This document shows positions 22,016 to 35,178 of a stretch of 64,000 bases of DNA, piece by piece (the first letter of the stretch is position 1; every line of letters begins with the position of its first letter). Made by a program: the position numbers and the translations under genes. Source of the DNA: Camelus ferus (Eukaryota); contig NC_045696.1 of NCBI RefSeq assembly GCF_009834535.1, forward strand, positions 118,298,001-118,362,000, in the 5' to 3' direction. The notes below the pieces were generated by a model. That model had not been told where the DNA came from, searched no databases, and saw only the letters and a list, made by a program, of their open reading frames with translations.

Positions 22016-24824
22016 TATAATTTGTAGTTAAGCCATTTTCAAGATACCACTCACTAACTGATGTGAATGCATGGAAGTGAACTCAAAATCTGATCCAAAA
22101 TTAACATGAAAAGGTAGTGGTTCAATGTCAGTTATAAATATTAAATGGTAGGGAAGTTTCAGCTTACTCTTTAATATTAGATTTAGAAGATTAGATGTGG
22201 ATTTTATGTATTTACGCTCACAGTGAATTGAAATTTAGCAAGTTAGACATTTTAATGGTTAGCATGAAGCTCACTGGTAAAATGTTGACCACTGGAATTA
22301 AAAAAAATAACCTTCTGGTCTGAATTCTGATCTTTTTTTATTGAGTTGTCAATTCCTTATTCATTGAGTCTAGTAGTTTAGCTTCAGTTCAGATTTTCTG
22401 TTGGTGTGACGGCAATCTCCTTTATTTGCTTAAAAGAGAGGCTCCTTTATCCTTTAGTCTTGGGGTTGTATGAAGAGTCATTTGAGTTACCTTGTGTTTA
22501 CACCTGGATTTATTCATTTCCAGTGTCTCAGGAGCAGATGAGACCTCGCTGCCTGCTCTGGTCGCAGACAGAAACAGTAGCCCTACAGAAGCTGTCACCG
22601 CCACCCCATAGGCAAAGTTATCTGCAAAGGAACATCCGTACCTTAAGGCAGTTCCCCACCATGCCTAGTCAGCCTTTATAACATTCTTGGATCACTAAAA
22701 TGAAAGGCGGTATGATGTCTGTTTTGTTTGTTTGGGTCTAGGCATGATTAGAACAGATATAGGTGATTTAGAGTGAAAATATTAAAACTTTAGAAAAACA
22801 TAAACCAAAAAAACCCACTTAGGCTGACGTGACCTACAGTGGATTTCTTATCAAAGAATTACACTAGTTGATTTTTGCTAGTTCATTAGTGGGGCCAGCA
22901 AAAGCAGTAGAGCCAGAGTTGGGATGTTATTATTAATGAGATATCCATTTTTCAGCTCCCATGGCTTCAGAAGTTTGTCAGAGTTCACCTGGCTTCTCAA
23001 ATGTTACTGCTACTTTTTATTTATTTACATATTAAGCCAGATTCCTCCCCCATGGCTTTGTAGTAAAGTAAATAATTAGTCCCTCACAAGTATAATTCTT
23101 CATCTCATTCATGCTTCTCCTAACTCCTTTCATAGCATTAAGAGCTATCTACCCAAACTGCTGGTTTTAAAGATTACAGGCTTTCTTACCTTGATCTTAC
23201 CCAGTCAGAGGGAAGAACTGAATATCCAGGGAAGACAGGGAACTGCAAAAAAAAATGTGTAAGCCTTACTCTAGGAAAACAGTCCAGGACCTCTTCAGCC
23301 CCTATGTATTTCTTCCACTCTTCCTCTGTTGGAAGTTCCCAAAGACCTGTTTTTCCCAAGTTCAAGTCTTCAAAATATCCCCCTACTTGACTGCATAATA
23401 AAAGAACAAGCAGTATTTTTTAATATAGCTGGTAGATTTTGGTAAAATAATCATTGTATGTAAAAACTTTTTTTAAAAAAAACATTTCAATACCATTGTA
23501 CTTGGATATTTATAAAATTTTTGTAGACTTAAATAAAATTCACTGTGTGAGTTTTACTTTAGAGGATTTTTTAAAAAATTATTGTATATTTCAGTGATCC
23601 TTTTAAATAATGAGGATAGAATAGTCCATTTTATTGCAGAGTTTTCAACTGTATTACATTGATAGATGCTGATGTCTAATATATTTTAACAGTTAGAAAT
23701 TATATGTAATTTGTGGCAAAAAGAGGCATGTCTTTTGTTGTAGTATTTTTATTATTATTTCCCTTCTTCATGTTTGTAAGTGTAAGTTTTTCAGTTGTTC
23801 TCTGATATTGTTTTGTTCTTAAAAAATGTCTTTACCAGGTTTGGGCTGCAATTTGTCTTGCTGATACAATGTTGATCTGAGCTTGGGCAGTTTTTATTCT
23901 TACAGTCTATGAGAATTGAAAAGAAGTTAAATTAAATTGCAGTCATTATATTTTTGCTGTAAGGAGGGCTTGTTTATTAATCAGATAGATGTTTTGAAAT
24001 ACAAAATCTTTACAAAAACACTTTACCCTGGAGTTTGTATTGCTCCTTGAATTTCCTGAGAAGGAATCTCATGTGAGGAGTGGAAAACTCAAGGGAAGAA
24101 ACATTGATTGTTAGCTTCAAGCTGCTTTATTTTTACATTTTAGGAAAATCTGAATGTTTTAAATAGAAGAAATTAAGAAGCTAATAAATAATAAAAACTT
24201 AATATTTCATTATTTATTTTAAATGATCATTTTCTTTGGTACATTTCTAGTATTAGAAATATCATTTACTTGAGTCTTTGGAAGTGATCTGGTATTCTGC
24301 TGTTTGGTAATTGTATTCCTGTAAATCGCAGTGTTTGTCTTTCATGAACTTAAAAATATATTTAGTTTTAGTCAGAAAAACCACCTCCTAGCCTTGATTT
24401 TTCAACAGATATATAGTGAGAATTTACTTTAACTTAGTCCATTCATATATAAGGCAGTATATGAGCCAAATACTTGTTTACATTATGGGACTGTGAACTT
24501 CAGTAGTAATTGTTCTCCTACTTTCCCTTCCCTCCTTTCTTGTTATTCCGAATGTAGAGAGATTTAATGAGTTGGCTTCCTAGCATATCTGTTTAGTGAC
24601 AATTTTAATAGAATATGACTATTTTGACCAAGCTTAGAAGCTGCTATCAATTTGAATCTTTAATTAGACTTGTGAATAGATGTTTTATTGAACGTACAGA
24701 TTTTCAATCAGACGTGTTGACATGATGGATAAGAATTTTCAGCCCCACTCAGTAACTAAGCAGAGATTGTACAGGTTCATGTGTTTTATCACACCTAGTA
24801 AGGGCTGCAGGCCACGGACCTGAT

Positions 24825-25400
24825 GTTCATCCATCCATTCAAAAATATTCACTGATCGTCTAGTATCTGGGGATAGACTGACATTAAACAAGTAGAGACA
24901 GGTGCTTTCTTTCAGTGGAGTTCACATTTTAGCATGAGAGAGAAAAACATGAAAAAGTAGAGAAATGAGAAAAAATACAAGAGAATGATTAAATGCTAGG
25001 CAAAGAATTTAAAATAGGGTAATATGATGATGAGTGATGGGGCGTGTAGTTTAGATTGTCAGGGAGGGTCTCCCTGAGAAGGTGATATGTCAGATGTGAA
25101 TGACAGGAGGGGACCCTGGCATGCCAAGATGGTGACAGAGAGAGCAGTGGACAGATAGTTGCAGACAGACAGGCAGAGGAAGGAAGCACCTGTCTAGGAA
25201 AAGGGAAGTGTTCCTTTTTAGGAAGTCCCTAGGAGAGGAATAGACTCGTCCTATTCAAGGACCTGTAGGCAGGTCATGCTGGCTGGAGCACCTTGGGTGA
25301 CAGGGGGACCAACACAGGTACGGGCCCAGTAAGCGGGGCCAGACTACGGGGGTTTATGAACCAGGCTGCCGAGTGTAGGGTGTATCCTGAAGACGGAGAG
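24825..25400 (-). mobile_element. L2 LINE 3' fragment
   Basis: ttcatccatccattcaaaaatattcactga start and gtcagggagggtctccctgagaaggtgatat motif. Confidence 0.75.
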
Positions 25401-27869
25401 TTATTCAGTCTGCGTCGTTACCTCTGTTGTACTCTTAAGTTTCTTCTCAAGAATGATGGCCATAACTATTTTTTATTATGTATCCTTATGACTTGATACT
25501 AAGCACTTAATAAGTAGTGCCTGATTTACAGAGTTGTAGCATTTTTTATATTTATTTTCATGTTGCAATCCTCTATACCAATCTTTGTTTCCTCATTCTC
25601 AGTACTTTCTATTTGTAACAGTGAAGTAACTTCTGCTTGAGATAAAAGGATGTCCTAAAATTAACAGTTTATCTCAAGCTCAGTTACTTATGTGTGGTCT
25701 GTTTTATGCCAAGCTACCAATATTAAAATAGTAATGATAAATGGTGACAACTTTTCTGCTTGACCCATTGTGTGTACGTGTGTGTAGGAGATTTGGGGGT
25801 GGTGTACATATAATCATTATTTTCCCTTTGCTGATGTAATGGAAAATTTGCTCCTCTAGGACATATTAGAACAATGTATTTAATGCTCTTCAATTTAATT
25901 TGCTAGTATCACAATTAATACAATTAAGGTCACTTGAAATGAAGCTATTAACAAATTGAGTAATTTACTTTAACAATGTCAATGTGTTCTCACAATTACA
26001 TTTGCTTTAATTAGTGTACAAGCTATTATTTAATAGCATACTTCACATAGAAAAATGTAATAATGCATTCTTGGCTCCTTATAACAGAAAGAAAGAAACT
26101 TTTAATGGACGGAGTGATTTTGTGGAATTGCTGCTAGATATAAAGTGATTGAAGAGAAAGTACAAAGCCAAAAAGCAAAGCTTGCAAGAATGTAAATAAA
26201 GGAAGTAGTTTTCTTGGCGCTTACCAGTGTATGTCCTATTTATCATTGTGTAAACAGACTTAGAAACTTCTAATGGTAGTTCTGGAAGAGAACATAGATC
26301 CGCAAGAGTTTTAAGTGTTCAGTTTTATCTGGTTTTTGCTTAATACTTCAGTAGTATTCCACTTTTTAAATATCATAAAATAGTTAAAATAATTCATAAA
26401 TTATTATAATTATAAGTTAATTAATAGTTAAAATAATCATGCTAATAGAGGGGAACAGAATGGTGTAGAATATAAAAAAGGTAGGAAATAAAAATGTTTT
26501 AATTTGCAAATCATCTTTTGTTTTATATTTTAACATGGATATTTCTTACCCAAGAATTCACTTTTATAGCCACTGAAAAAGGTCTTCTTCTGTCTGGCCT
26601 ACACTATACATAGAGATCAAAAGACCCAGAGAGGAATAAATGGTTATATTTCTGTTTCTATATGTGCAGAGTAAGCGGAAGGAGATGAATTGTCAACCAA
26701 GTCATCTTTAATAAGCTCTGCTGTTCTCTGTAAACATGAGAGCAGGATTTACTATCATGTAACCAAGGGGGGGGATTTTATACAGAAGGGAGATAAATGC
26801 AGTCCAGATAATTCAATACTCTAATTTTAAAAATTAGTTTGACAATCTTTTTGCATAATTTGATTGATTTAAGTTTCTATTGCTTTTATCTTCTTTCCCT
26901 TCCTTCTCTGGTTAATGACAAAAATTCCTAAAGTTGCCAGTAAAAAAAGAAAACAGGCATAAGAGAAATTAGTCAATAAATATTGAAATGTAAAATGCAA
27001 GATGCTTAGAGAACCCAGACTTTGAAAAATTAACTGTATCTCTCACTTCTAGGAAAGAGGTTCAGAGGAGTATATTTAGTTTTTCAGTGCTCATGAACGT
27101 TTATGCAAGAATCCCCCATTGGTTCTCATTTTGTGCCCTAAATTCTGAGTTCAGTCTACCACGGTATTCATAGATCAGATGAGTTAGAATAGAGTAATTT
27201 ACTAGAAGAACAGTCTACTTAGCAATAGTAGAAAATTGGTTCAGGCGATTCTTTAAATAGCATTTAAGTTTTAATTGGGTAAACTCCTGCTTAGTTAGTT
27301 GCTACGTACACTACAGTGAGCAGTTGTCAATTTGGCCTTAAGTTGATTCTTACTATGTATGGTCTCTAAATTCTATCTTAAACTTTTAGATTATTTGTCT
27401 GTTGACTCCGTAGCTTATGTTATAGAATATTAGAGGAGTAACCAAAATCTGATTATTTAAATGCTTGATCTTTAAAGTGTAATAGATTTTAAAACAAGAC
27501 ATTGATTTGTTTTATGAAAGAAGATCAAATGTAAGAAGTGAATTGCTTTCTTCCAAGTCTTGCTTACGTGTGATCTTCATTCTTAGTTCTCCTTCTATCT
27601 TGTAAGTAAGAAATTGCCCCAAACTTTTTGAAATAACATAATATGCCTTTAAAGTGTTTTTCTGTGTCAGGCCTGAGGATTGATTCACTTGATTCACTGC
27701 ATGTCAGGGTTATAGCATTTCAGAAGCACTTTATGAGCAGCCTTTTTTTTTTTTTTGGCTCAAGTAAAGTTTTAAAGAAAGCTCTAAAAGGCCTTCACAG
27801 CCTGGTTCTGTGCATTTGTTTAATCACTTTCCAGTGTGACTATGCAGGACTTTTCTGTTAAAGTCCAGG

Positions 27870-28220
27870 ATCCACCCAGAATTGCCCTACAACATTGAAG
27901 GAGAACAAAATTAGAAAACTGGCAATATGTGACATCAGAATACAGAGCCCAGATACGGACCCATACAAATACGGTTAAGTGATCTTGACAAAGGAGCAAA
28001 GGCAATTCAATGGAACAAGGGTTAGTCATTTAAACAAATGATGCTGGAACATTGGATATTCACATTGAGGGGTGGTTAGAAATCTAGACATAGATTTTAT
28101 ACCTTTCACAAACATTAACTCAAAAAGGATCATTAACCTAAATGTAAAATGCAAAACTATAAAATTCCTAGAAGATGACATAGGATAAAATCTTTGTGAC
28201 CTTGGATTTGGTGATAACAT
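27870..28220 (+). mobile_element. Old L1 ORF2 fragment (post-RT region), sense orientation
   Basis: Decayed equivalents of L1 ORF2 'PRIAK...KNK' and 'IFDKGAKAIQW' (ttgacaaaggagcaaaggcaattcaatgg). Confidence 0.8.
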
Positions 28221-28244
28221 TTAATTAATTTGTTTTTTATACCT

Positions 28245-29130
28245 CTTTTTTTTAAATTATATGTATATTTTATTGAAATATAGTCAGTTTACAATGTTGT
28301 GTCAATTTCTGGTGTTCAGCACAATGCTTCAGTCATACATGAACATACATACATTCATTTTCAGATTCTTTTTCACTGTAAGTTACTACAAGACATTGAA
28401 TATAGTTCCCTATGCTACACAGTATGAACTTGTTGTTTGTCTATTTTATATATATTAGTTGGTATCTGCAAATCTTGAACTCCCAATTTATCTCTTCCCA
28501 CCCTCTTCCCCACTAGTAACCATAAATTTGTTTTCTATGTCTGTGAGACTGTTTGTTTTATAAATAAGTCTTTTTTTTTTAAGATTCCACATATAAATGA
28601 CATCATATAGTATTTTTCTTTCTGTTTCTGTCTTACTTCGCTTAGAATGACTGTCTCCAGGTCCATCCATGTTGCTGCAAATGGTATTATTTTATTCTTT
28701 TTTATGGCTGAGTAGTATTCCATTGTATAAATATACCACAACTTCTTTATTTAGCCATCTGTTGATGGACATTTAGGTTGTTTCCATGTCTTGGCTATTG
28801 TAAATAGTGCTGCTGTGAACATTGGGGTGCATGTGTCTTTTGGATATATGCCCAGGAGTGGGATTGCTGGATCATATGGTAAGTCTATTTTTAGTCTTTT
28901 GAGGGATTTCCTTACTGTTTTCCATAATGGCTGCACCAGACTACATTCCCACCAACAGTGTAGGAGGGTTCTCTTTTCTCCACAGCCTCTCCAGCATTTA
29001 TTGTTTGTGGACTTTTGAATGATGGCCATTCTGAGTGGTGTGAGGTGATACCTCATTGTAGTTTTGATTTGCATTTCTCTGATAATTAGCGATAATGAGC
29101 ATTTTTTCATGTGCCTCTTGGCCATTTGTA
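28245..29130 (-). mobile_element. Young 5'-truncated lineage-specific L1 (ORF2 C-terminus + 3' UTR)
   Basis: ORFs 28751-29125 and 28535-28741 encode recognisable L1 ORF2 C-terminal peptides ([45 protein letters not shown]). Artiodactyl-type 3' UTR and T-rich tail. Confidence 0.95.
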
Positions 29131-31495
29131 ATAGAGATCTTTTTACATCTTCCTTTTCAGTTTGAATGGCTTTTATTTTTCTTGTCTAATTACACTGGCT
29201 AGAACTTCTAGTACAGTGCTGAATAGAAGTAGTGTCTTGTTTGTGATTTTTGGGAGAAAACCTTTCAGTCTTTCACTGTGACTGATGTTGGCTCTAAGTT
29301 TTTCATAAATGCCTTTTTTTCTTTTGAGAAAATTCCCTTCCATTCCTAGTTTGTTGAGTGTTTTTATCAAGAAAGGATGTTGTATTTTGTCAAATGCTTT
29401 TTCTGCATTGAGATGATCATGTTTTTTTCCTTCTTTTTTTAAATATTTTGTTTACATTGATATTTGCATACTGAACCATCTTTGCTTTCCTATCATAAAC
29501 CTCACTAATGCCATGATCCTCTTAAAATGCAGCTAGATTCAGTCTGCTACTATTTGTTGAGAATTTTTGTAGCTATATTGATAAGGGATATTGGTCTGTA
29601 GTTTTCTTGTAATATCCTTATCTGGCTTGACATCAGGGTAATGCTGGCTTTATAGGTAAGTGCTCCCTCCTAGTTTTTAGAAGAGTTTGAGAAGAATTGG
29701 TGTTCATTGTTATTAATACTTGGTAGAATTACTAGTGAAGCCATCCGAGCTTGGACTTTTTGTTGGAAGCTTTTTGATTACTCAGTCAATTTACTTTTTA
29801 CAGGTCTGTTCAGATTTTCTTGATGCAGTTTTGTCAGCTTGTGTGTATCCAGGAGCCTGTTCATTTCATTTAGAAGATCGAATTTGTCAGTGTACAGTTC
29901 ATAGTAATTTGTATAATCCTTTCTGTTTGTAAGATCTGTAGGACAGTCCCCACTTTAATTTCTATTTTAGTAAAGTTTTTTTCTCCTTTGTCAGTCTACC
30001 TAAAAGTTTGTCCCTTTTGTTCTTTTTAGTTAATCAACTTTTTGTTTCATTGACTCTATTATTTTTCTACTCTGTTTTATTTATCTCTCCTCTGTTCTTC
30101 TCCTTGTTTTTCCTTCTGCCCCTTAGATTAAATCATCTCAGTTGACATATTTGAGTGTGCTGATTCTTCTCTGCCTGCTCAAATCTGCTGTTGAACCCCT
30201 CCAGTGAATTTTAATTTAATTTATTGTAATTCTCAGCTCCAGAATTGCTATTTTGTTTCTGTTTATAATGTCTATCTTTTTATTGATATTCTGTCTGTTT
30301 AAACATTGTTCCCCTGGTGCCCTTTAGTTCTTTGATCATGGTTTCCTTTAGCCATTTGAACATATTTATGACAATTGATTTAAAGTCTCTGTCTAGTAAG
30401 TGCAATGCCTGGGCTTCCTCATGGGCATTTCCTGTCATTTTTTTTCCCCTATGAATGAGCCATACTTTCTTGTTTCTTTGCATTTGTTTCTATTTCTTTT
30501 GTTATTGTTGTTGTTGTTGTTGAAAACTAGATTATTTTGAGTATTGTAGCACAGCAAGTCTGGAAATTAGATTCCTCCTCTTTGGGGTTTTTTATTTCTG
30601 TAGTTGTGAGTTGTTGTTTTAGTGTCTTTTATAAACTATTATTATGAAGTCTGTGTATACATATATAAAATATATGAAGTCTTTATTGTGTATAAACATT
30701 TAAGTTTATGTTCTGTTACTTCAGTGGTGAGCTAGCATTTTGACTGAGTTCCCTTAAGTACCTGGAGCCAAAAGAAGAAAAGCATACTCTCATAGGCTTT
30801 GTATGTTGGCTCTGTGGTAAGGCTGCCACTCCTTTGCTTGGCCAGGCTGCTTACAGCTTTGCCTGAGCCTTCCCTTCCTGCTCTCATGGAGTGTGAAGTG
30901 CAGTCAGGAGTGGAAGTTCAAGGTCTTTTCAGGCCCTTCCTGAGCACACACCTTGTACTGAGTACACGTGTGGCACTCTGATTCCTTTGTGTACAAGCGA
31001 CTGTAAAAGCACATACTCCCCCCACATACCTCCTTTCCCATCCTTTCCCTTCTCAGGCTACTTGGCTCGTTTGTTATTTGTCCTGACTAGCGTTACTTCC
31101 AGCACTAGCCTGCTGCACCAGTAGTTCTGACTTTCCCTGCTTTTAGCAAACAGCACCGGGGAAGCTGTCCTAGCCCCGAGGTCACTAGACTGGGACACAC
31201 CAAGGCCCGCACCGGCACTGGTTGTTCAGGGAGCGGCCAGGCAGGCTGAGACACTCAACTGAGCTTCATTCCGGACAGTCTGTAGCTCACTCTGGTGTGA
31301 GCAGCCCGCACCGGCTTACTGCAAGGCAAAAGCGTCTTTTTCCTTTCAGCTTTGCCTTTTGTACAAGCTTTTAGCTAGATTTCAGAGTTCTGCGAAAGCT
31401 GGTTCTTAACAGGTTTTGCCAGTTTATTAGTTGTCTTGTGGAGGAATGGAGCGCTGCATTTCTCTCTGCTCCACTGTTTTTCAGTCACTCCTCCT
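29131..31495 (-). mobile_element. Old L1 (L1MB/L1MC-type): 5' UTR, ORF1 remnant and ORF2 RT fragment
   Basis: ORF 29173-29370 resembles RT (MIKTLNKLGMEGNFL...VLEVLA..IRQEK). ORF 30280-30483 resembles the ORF1 start (LLDRDFKSIVINMFK). 5'-end-like sequence near 31380-31495. Confidence 0.8.
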
Positions 31496-34400
31496 GCTGC
31501 ACTTACTGTGAAGAGATTTTTACAGTGATACTTCCAGAACTCATGTCTTAAAATAACTGAGTGCGGACAGACAGCAGAAAAACTGCCAATAATGTTTTCA
31601 GACTTGTACAAAAGAATCACAGTCCTCACAATACCTTTAAAAAATGTAAACCTGTTTCTTATTTCAACACCAGAAACGCTTAGTAAATCCTGTATATCAA
31701 TTTACTTTATTTTTCTTCATTAGTAGAACGTAGTAGGAACAATAGTATTGTACCTAAAAATTTGTCATTGTTGATTTATACACTCTAACATAACTTACAG
31801 TTTTTTATGTTGTTCATATTTCTTTTAAGTAATTTAGTGTTGTCCAGAGTCACTTTGCAGGTGTGAAGAATTGACTGTATTACCTCTTTGATTCAGTTAG
31901 GATAACAAGGGTGCCTCTTTCCTTTTCCTCTTCTCTTCATGTGATGACAGAGACCTTATCTTGGGTCCTGTGAATTCACTCTGGGGAAGGTTAGTTTAGC
32001 CCATAGTAGGTCATACACGTGGTGCCATCAGTTATCCTAGTTACAGAAGAACCCCCAGGGGACTGGGGGTGGCACAGGGGCTGTCCAAACCAGGAGTGGC
32101 AGACTTCCTGTCAGCTTTTGAGTTTCTGATAATTTAGTTCTTGAAGTTATAGTTCTACCCCCAGCATAGTAAAACCCAAGTTTTGTTATCTCTTAATCAG
32201 GCTTTATGATGAAGTCTGGCCCGATTATGACATCAGGAGTGTGACAGGTTTCATACTGACAGGTAGTGTTTCCTGCCATATTGTGTTGAAAAGTCCTTCT
32301 GTTGGTGTCGTTGAGGACGAACCGGGAAATCGGTATAGCCTTCCTTCCTTCCCAGGTGGTTCTCTTCACCTTACCCAGCTTTTTACTGTGGGACTTGCTT
32401 CCCGTCCTGTCACTTCCTCATTTCAGCTGCTCTCCAGTCATGCTTCATCCTCAGTGTTCTAGTGTGGGACCCTCTTTTCTCCTGAAAGCTTGGTGGATGA
32501 ATGATAATAAAACATCAACACTAGGGTAAAAATCTTTGCTCTTCCTTTGTCTGAAAGCAAGCTTCGAAAGTCCATAAACTACAGATGATTCGGAGGGTAA
32601 CATCAGGAGTGAAGGGGACACTTTGGTGTCTTTGGTCTTCCGATACTTCACCAGTTATCTCCCAAGATCTTTGCCTCCTAAGACCATTTTCTGCAGTCAG
32701 TTGTCCGATAGTTCTGGAGAAAAGCTTTTGAACATGCAATTATGATTATTTTCTTAAAGTCATGTTCAGGCAGCTGTATTTAATAGTTAATATAATTTTA
32801 TTTTAAAATTGTATGGGCCAAAATGACCTATAGACAGTATTTAGTTTTTAGTCATTCAGAGGTTAAATTGTTTATTGCAGCTGTCAGGAATAATATTTTA
32901 ATAATCCTTTATATACGTTTAATTAATTGCATGTTAAAATTAACATCACAAGTAACTTAGTAACAGGTTAAAAATAAACCTTTTGTCTTGTTAATCAAAC
33001 TTCACACAAAAATGTAGTCATTAAGTATTTGACACATTTTATACCTTCTACTTTTAATGATTTCAGTATGTGATTAATTTGATACATGTGAATATTGTTA
33101 ACTATAAAATTCATACATGTTTGGAAATTATTTGTCATCAATAAAGGCTTGTTTTTATATTGCATTTAAAACCTTAGTGTTATAGTAAAATCTGCTTCTG
33201 ATCAGAACTGAACAGAAATTCTGTTCAGTAACTGGATCGGCCAGTTAAATGTTAAGTTTTGAGATTTCTGTTCAAGCCAAAGAAAAGTAATTGATTTGAG
33301 CCATTTAATCTTATTGCCAAGGCAGTGTAAGTAGGTTTCACTTAAACCTTTTATATAATCAGATACATGGAAGCAATTAGGACTGGCAACTGAGAGCCTA
33401 CCAGGAACTTCTTGGAGGGGCGGATGGGGACTCTTAAGAATGGTTTTTAATGGCAATTTATAGAATTAATCTATACCAACTTTCAGTTCTTAATATAGGA
33501 TATCTGATTTTAGAGATGGCTGTTATGTTAAACCTCTCTCCAAAGACTGAGAGGTGCTATTTTTATGAACATCTAGGCAAGGGACTGTATGGGTTCAGAT
33601 GCCTGGCTTGAGTAATGAAAATACCAAGAAGCATTTACATACTTGGTAATTTCTTGCCATTAAAACACACACGCACACACACAGATTAGGGGTATATTTA
33701 TGCACAATCTGGCCTTTTAACAAAGAAAAATAAGCCTGTGTTTAGGCTGCCACTACTTTGAACAAAACAGCTGAGACTTTAATGAACACCATACTGAGGG
33801 CATGTAGGACATAAGGCGAATTAAGCAGGTTACAAACTGCACGTCTTCTGTTTGGATATAAGAGATCTCCCCACCCCTGACAGTTAGGTGTCCTGACAAG
33901 GCAAGCAGACAGACAGAAACAGAAGGAGATCATTTGTATCAATTTGAGAAATAGGACTAGTAATGAAACAAAAGAGTGGCTCAAAATAGTCTTACTTTTA
34001 TTGTAAAATTGTTCTATCGCTACATTTTTTCCAAAAATAAATATGCATGATGAAACAAAAGCTTATTTTACTTTGTTTGTAAATAAAGATCAACATAGTT
34101 TTTGTTTTTATTTTTTTTAAGGAAAGCTTTTTCTGGACACTCAAACAAATTTTAATCTTGGTAACCTGACAGCTTTGTTTAAACATTGAATATGAGTTTC
34201 CTTTCATGAAAATCTTTTCAAAGTATAGCAGTTCGGCTGTGAAAACCTGAATACATTAATGATGACAAAGAAGCTCCAGAATGAGCCAACATTTGTTTTG
34301 TTCTTTTCCAACATTTCTTGATAAATTACATACACAAAAATGTTGCAGGGTTATTTTTAAATTTCCCTGTTTCTTTGCTAATAAATGTCTTTGTGCTTAC

Positions 34401-35178
34401 CTTTTAGATATAATACCTAATTATTCATCACTTTAAATTATTTTTTAAACAAAAATGACTTTAAGAAGCTTTTTTTAAAAATATGACTTAAAAGTACATA
34501 TTACAGGGGACTCTTAAATATTGCCTTTGATGTATGTGATTAAATATCAAAATATATTATTCATGTTTAGGCTCTGGATAATTTTCTTGAAAAGTTAACT
34601 TCTTCCAAATACCAGAGAATTGTGTTCTGAGGGTGTTTGTTTAAGGATCATTTACTTTATATCTTAAGTGATTAAAAAAGATGTCATTTGCCACAAAAAG
34701 GCAGTATTGAATTATTTTACTGTAATACTTTTTTAAGGGTCACAGTATGCTTATTCAACGTGGTCATTCTTATCAAGAGTGACATTATTAATATTTCTAA
34801 AATAAATGTTTCTTAGTGAGAAATTTTTATTTTTTAACTTGCATATGTATGTTCTGTGTCATTTCAAAAAAGTTTGAAGTATAGTTTGAGACATAGTCTG
34901 AGAAGATTAACTTTTCTTTTCTGATTTTTAAAGTTCTAATATGTTTTTCTATTCTCTTTACAAAAAACTTTTCAGTAAAAGCATATTGCAAACTTTTGCA
35001 ATTTTAGAATTATTCTCTAAAAAGTTCCTTGAATTACATTTTGATGTATTTTACATTTACAGAGTGAAAATGTTTCCAAATGGTGTATAGCTGAGCTCTA
35101 TAACTAAAATGAACTGTGTTGGCCATTTATATGTTTAGTATGTGTCAAGCAATAATATTTCATCTTATTTATAAATAG

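Noticed and set aside
28535..29125. ORFs with a Cys/His motif as a host gene
   Set aside because: L1 ORF2 C-terminal domain with a stop codon, 5'-truncated.
32230..32611. 12-bp direct repeat acatcaggagtg about 370 bp apart as a TSD
   Set aside because: The enclosed sequence has no poly-A tail, terminal repeats or coding similarity; a few such matches are expected by chance in 64 kb.
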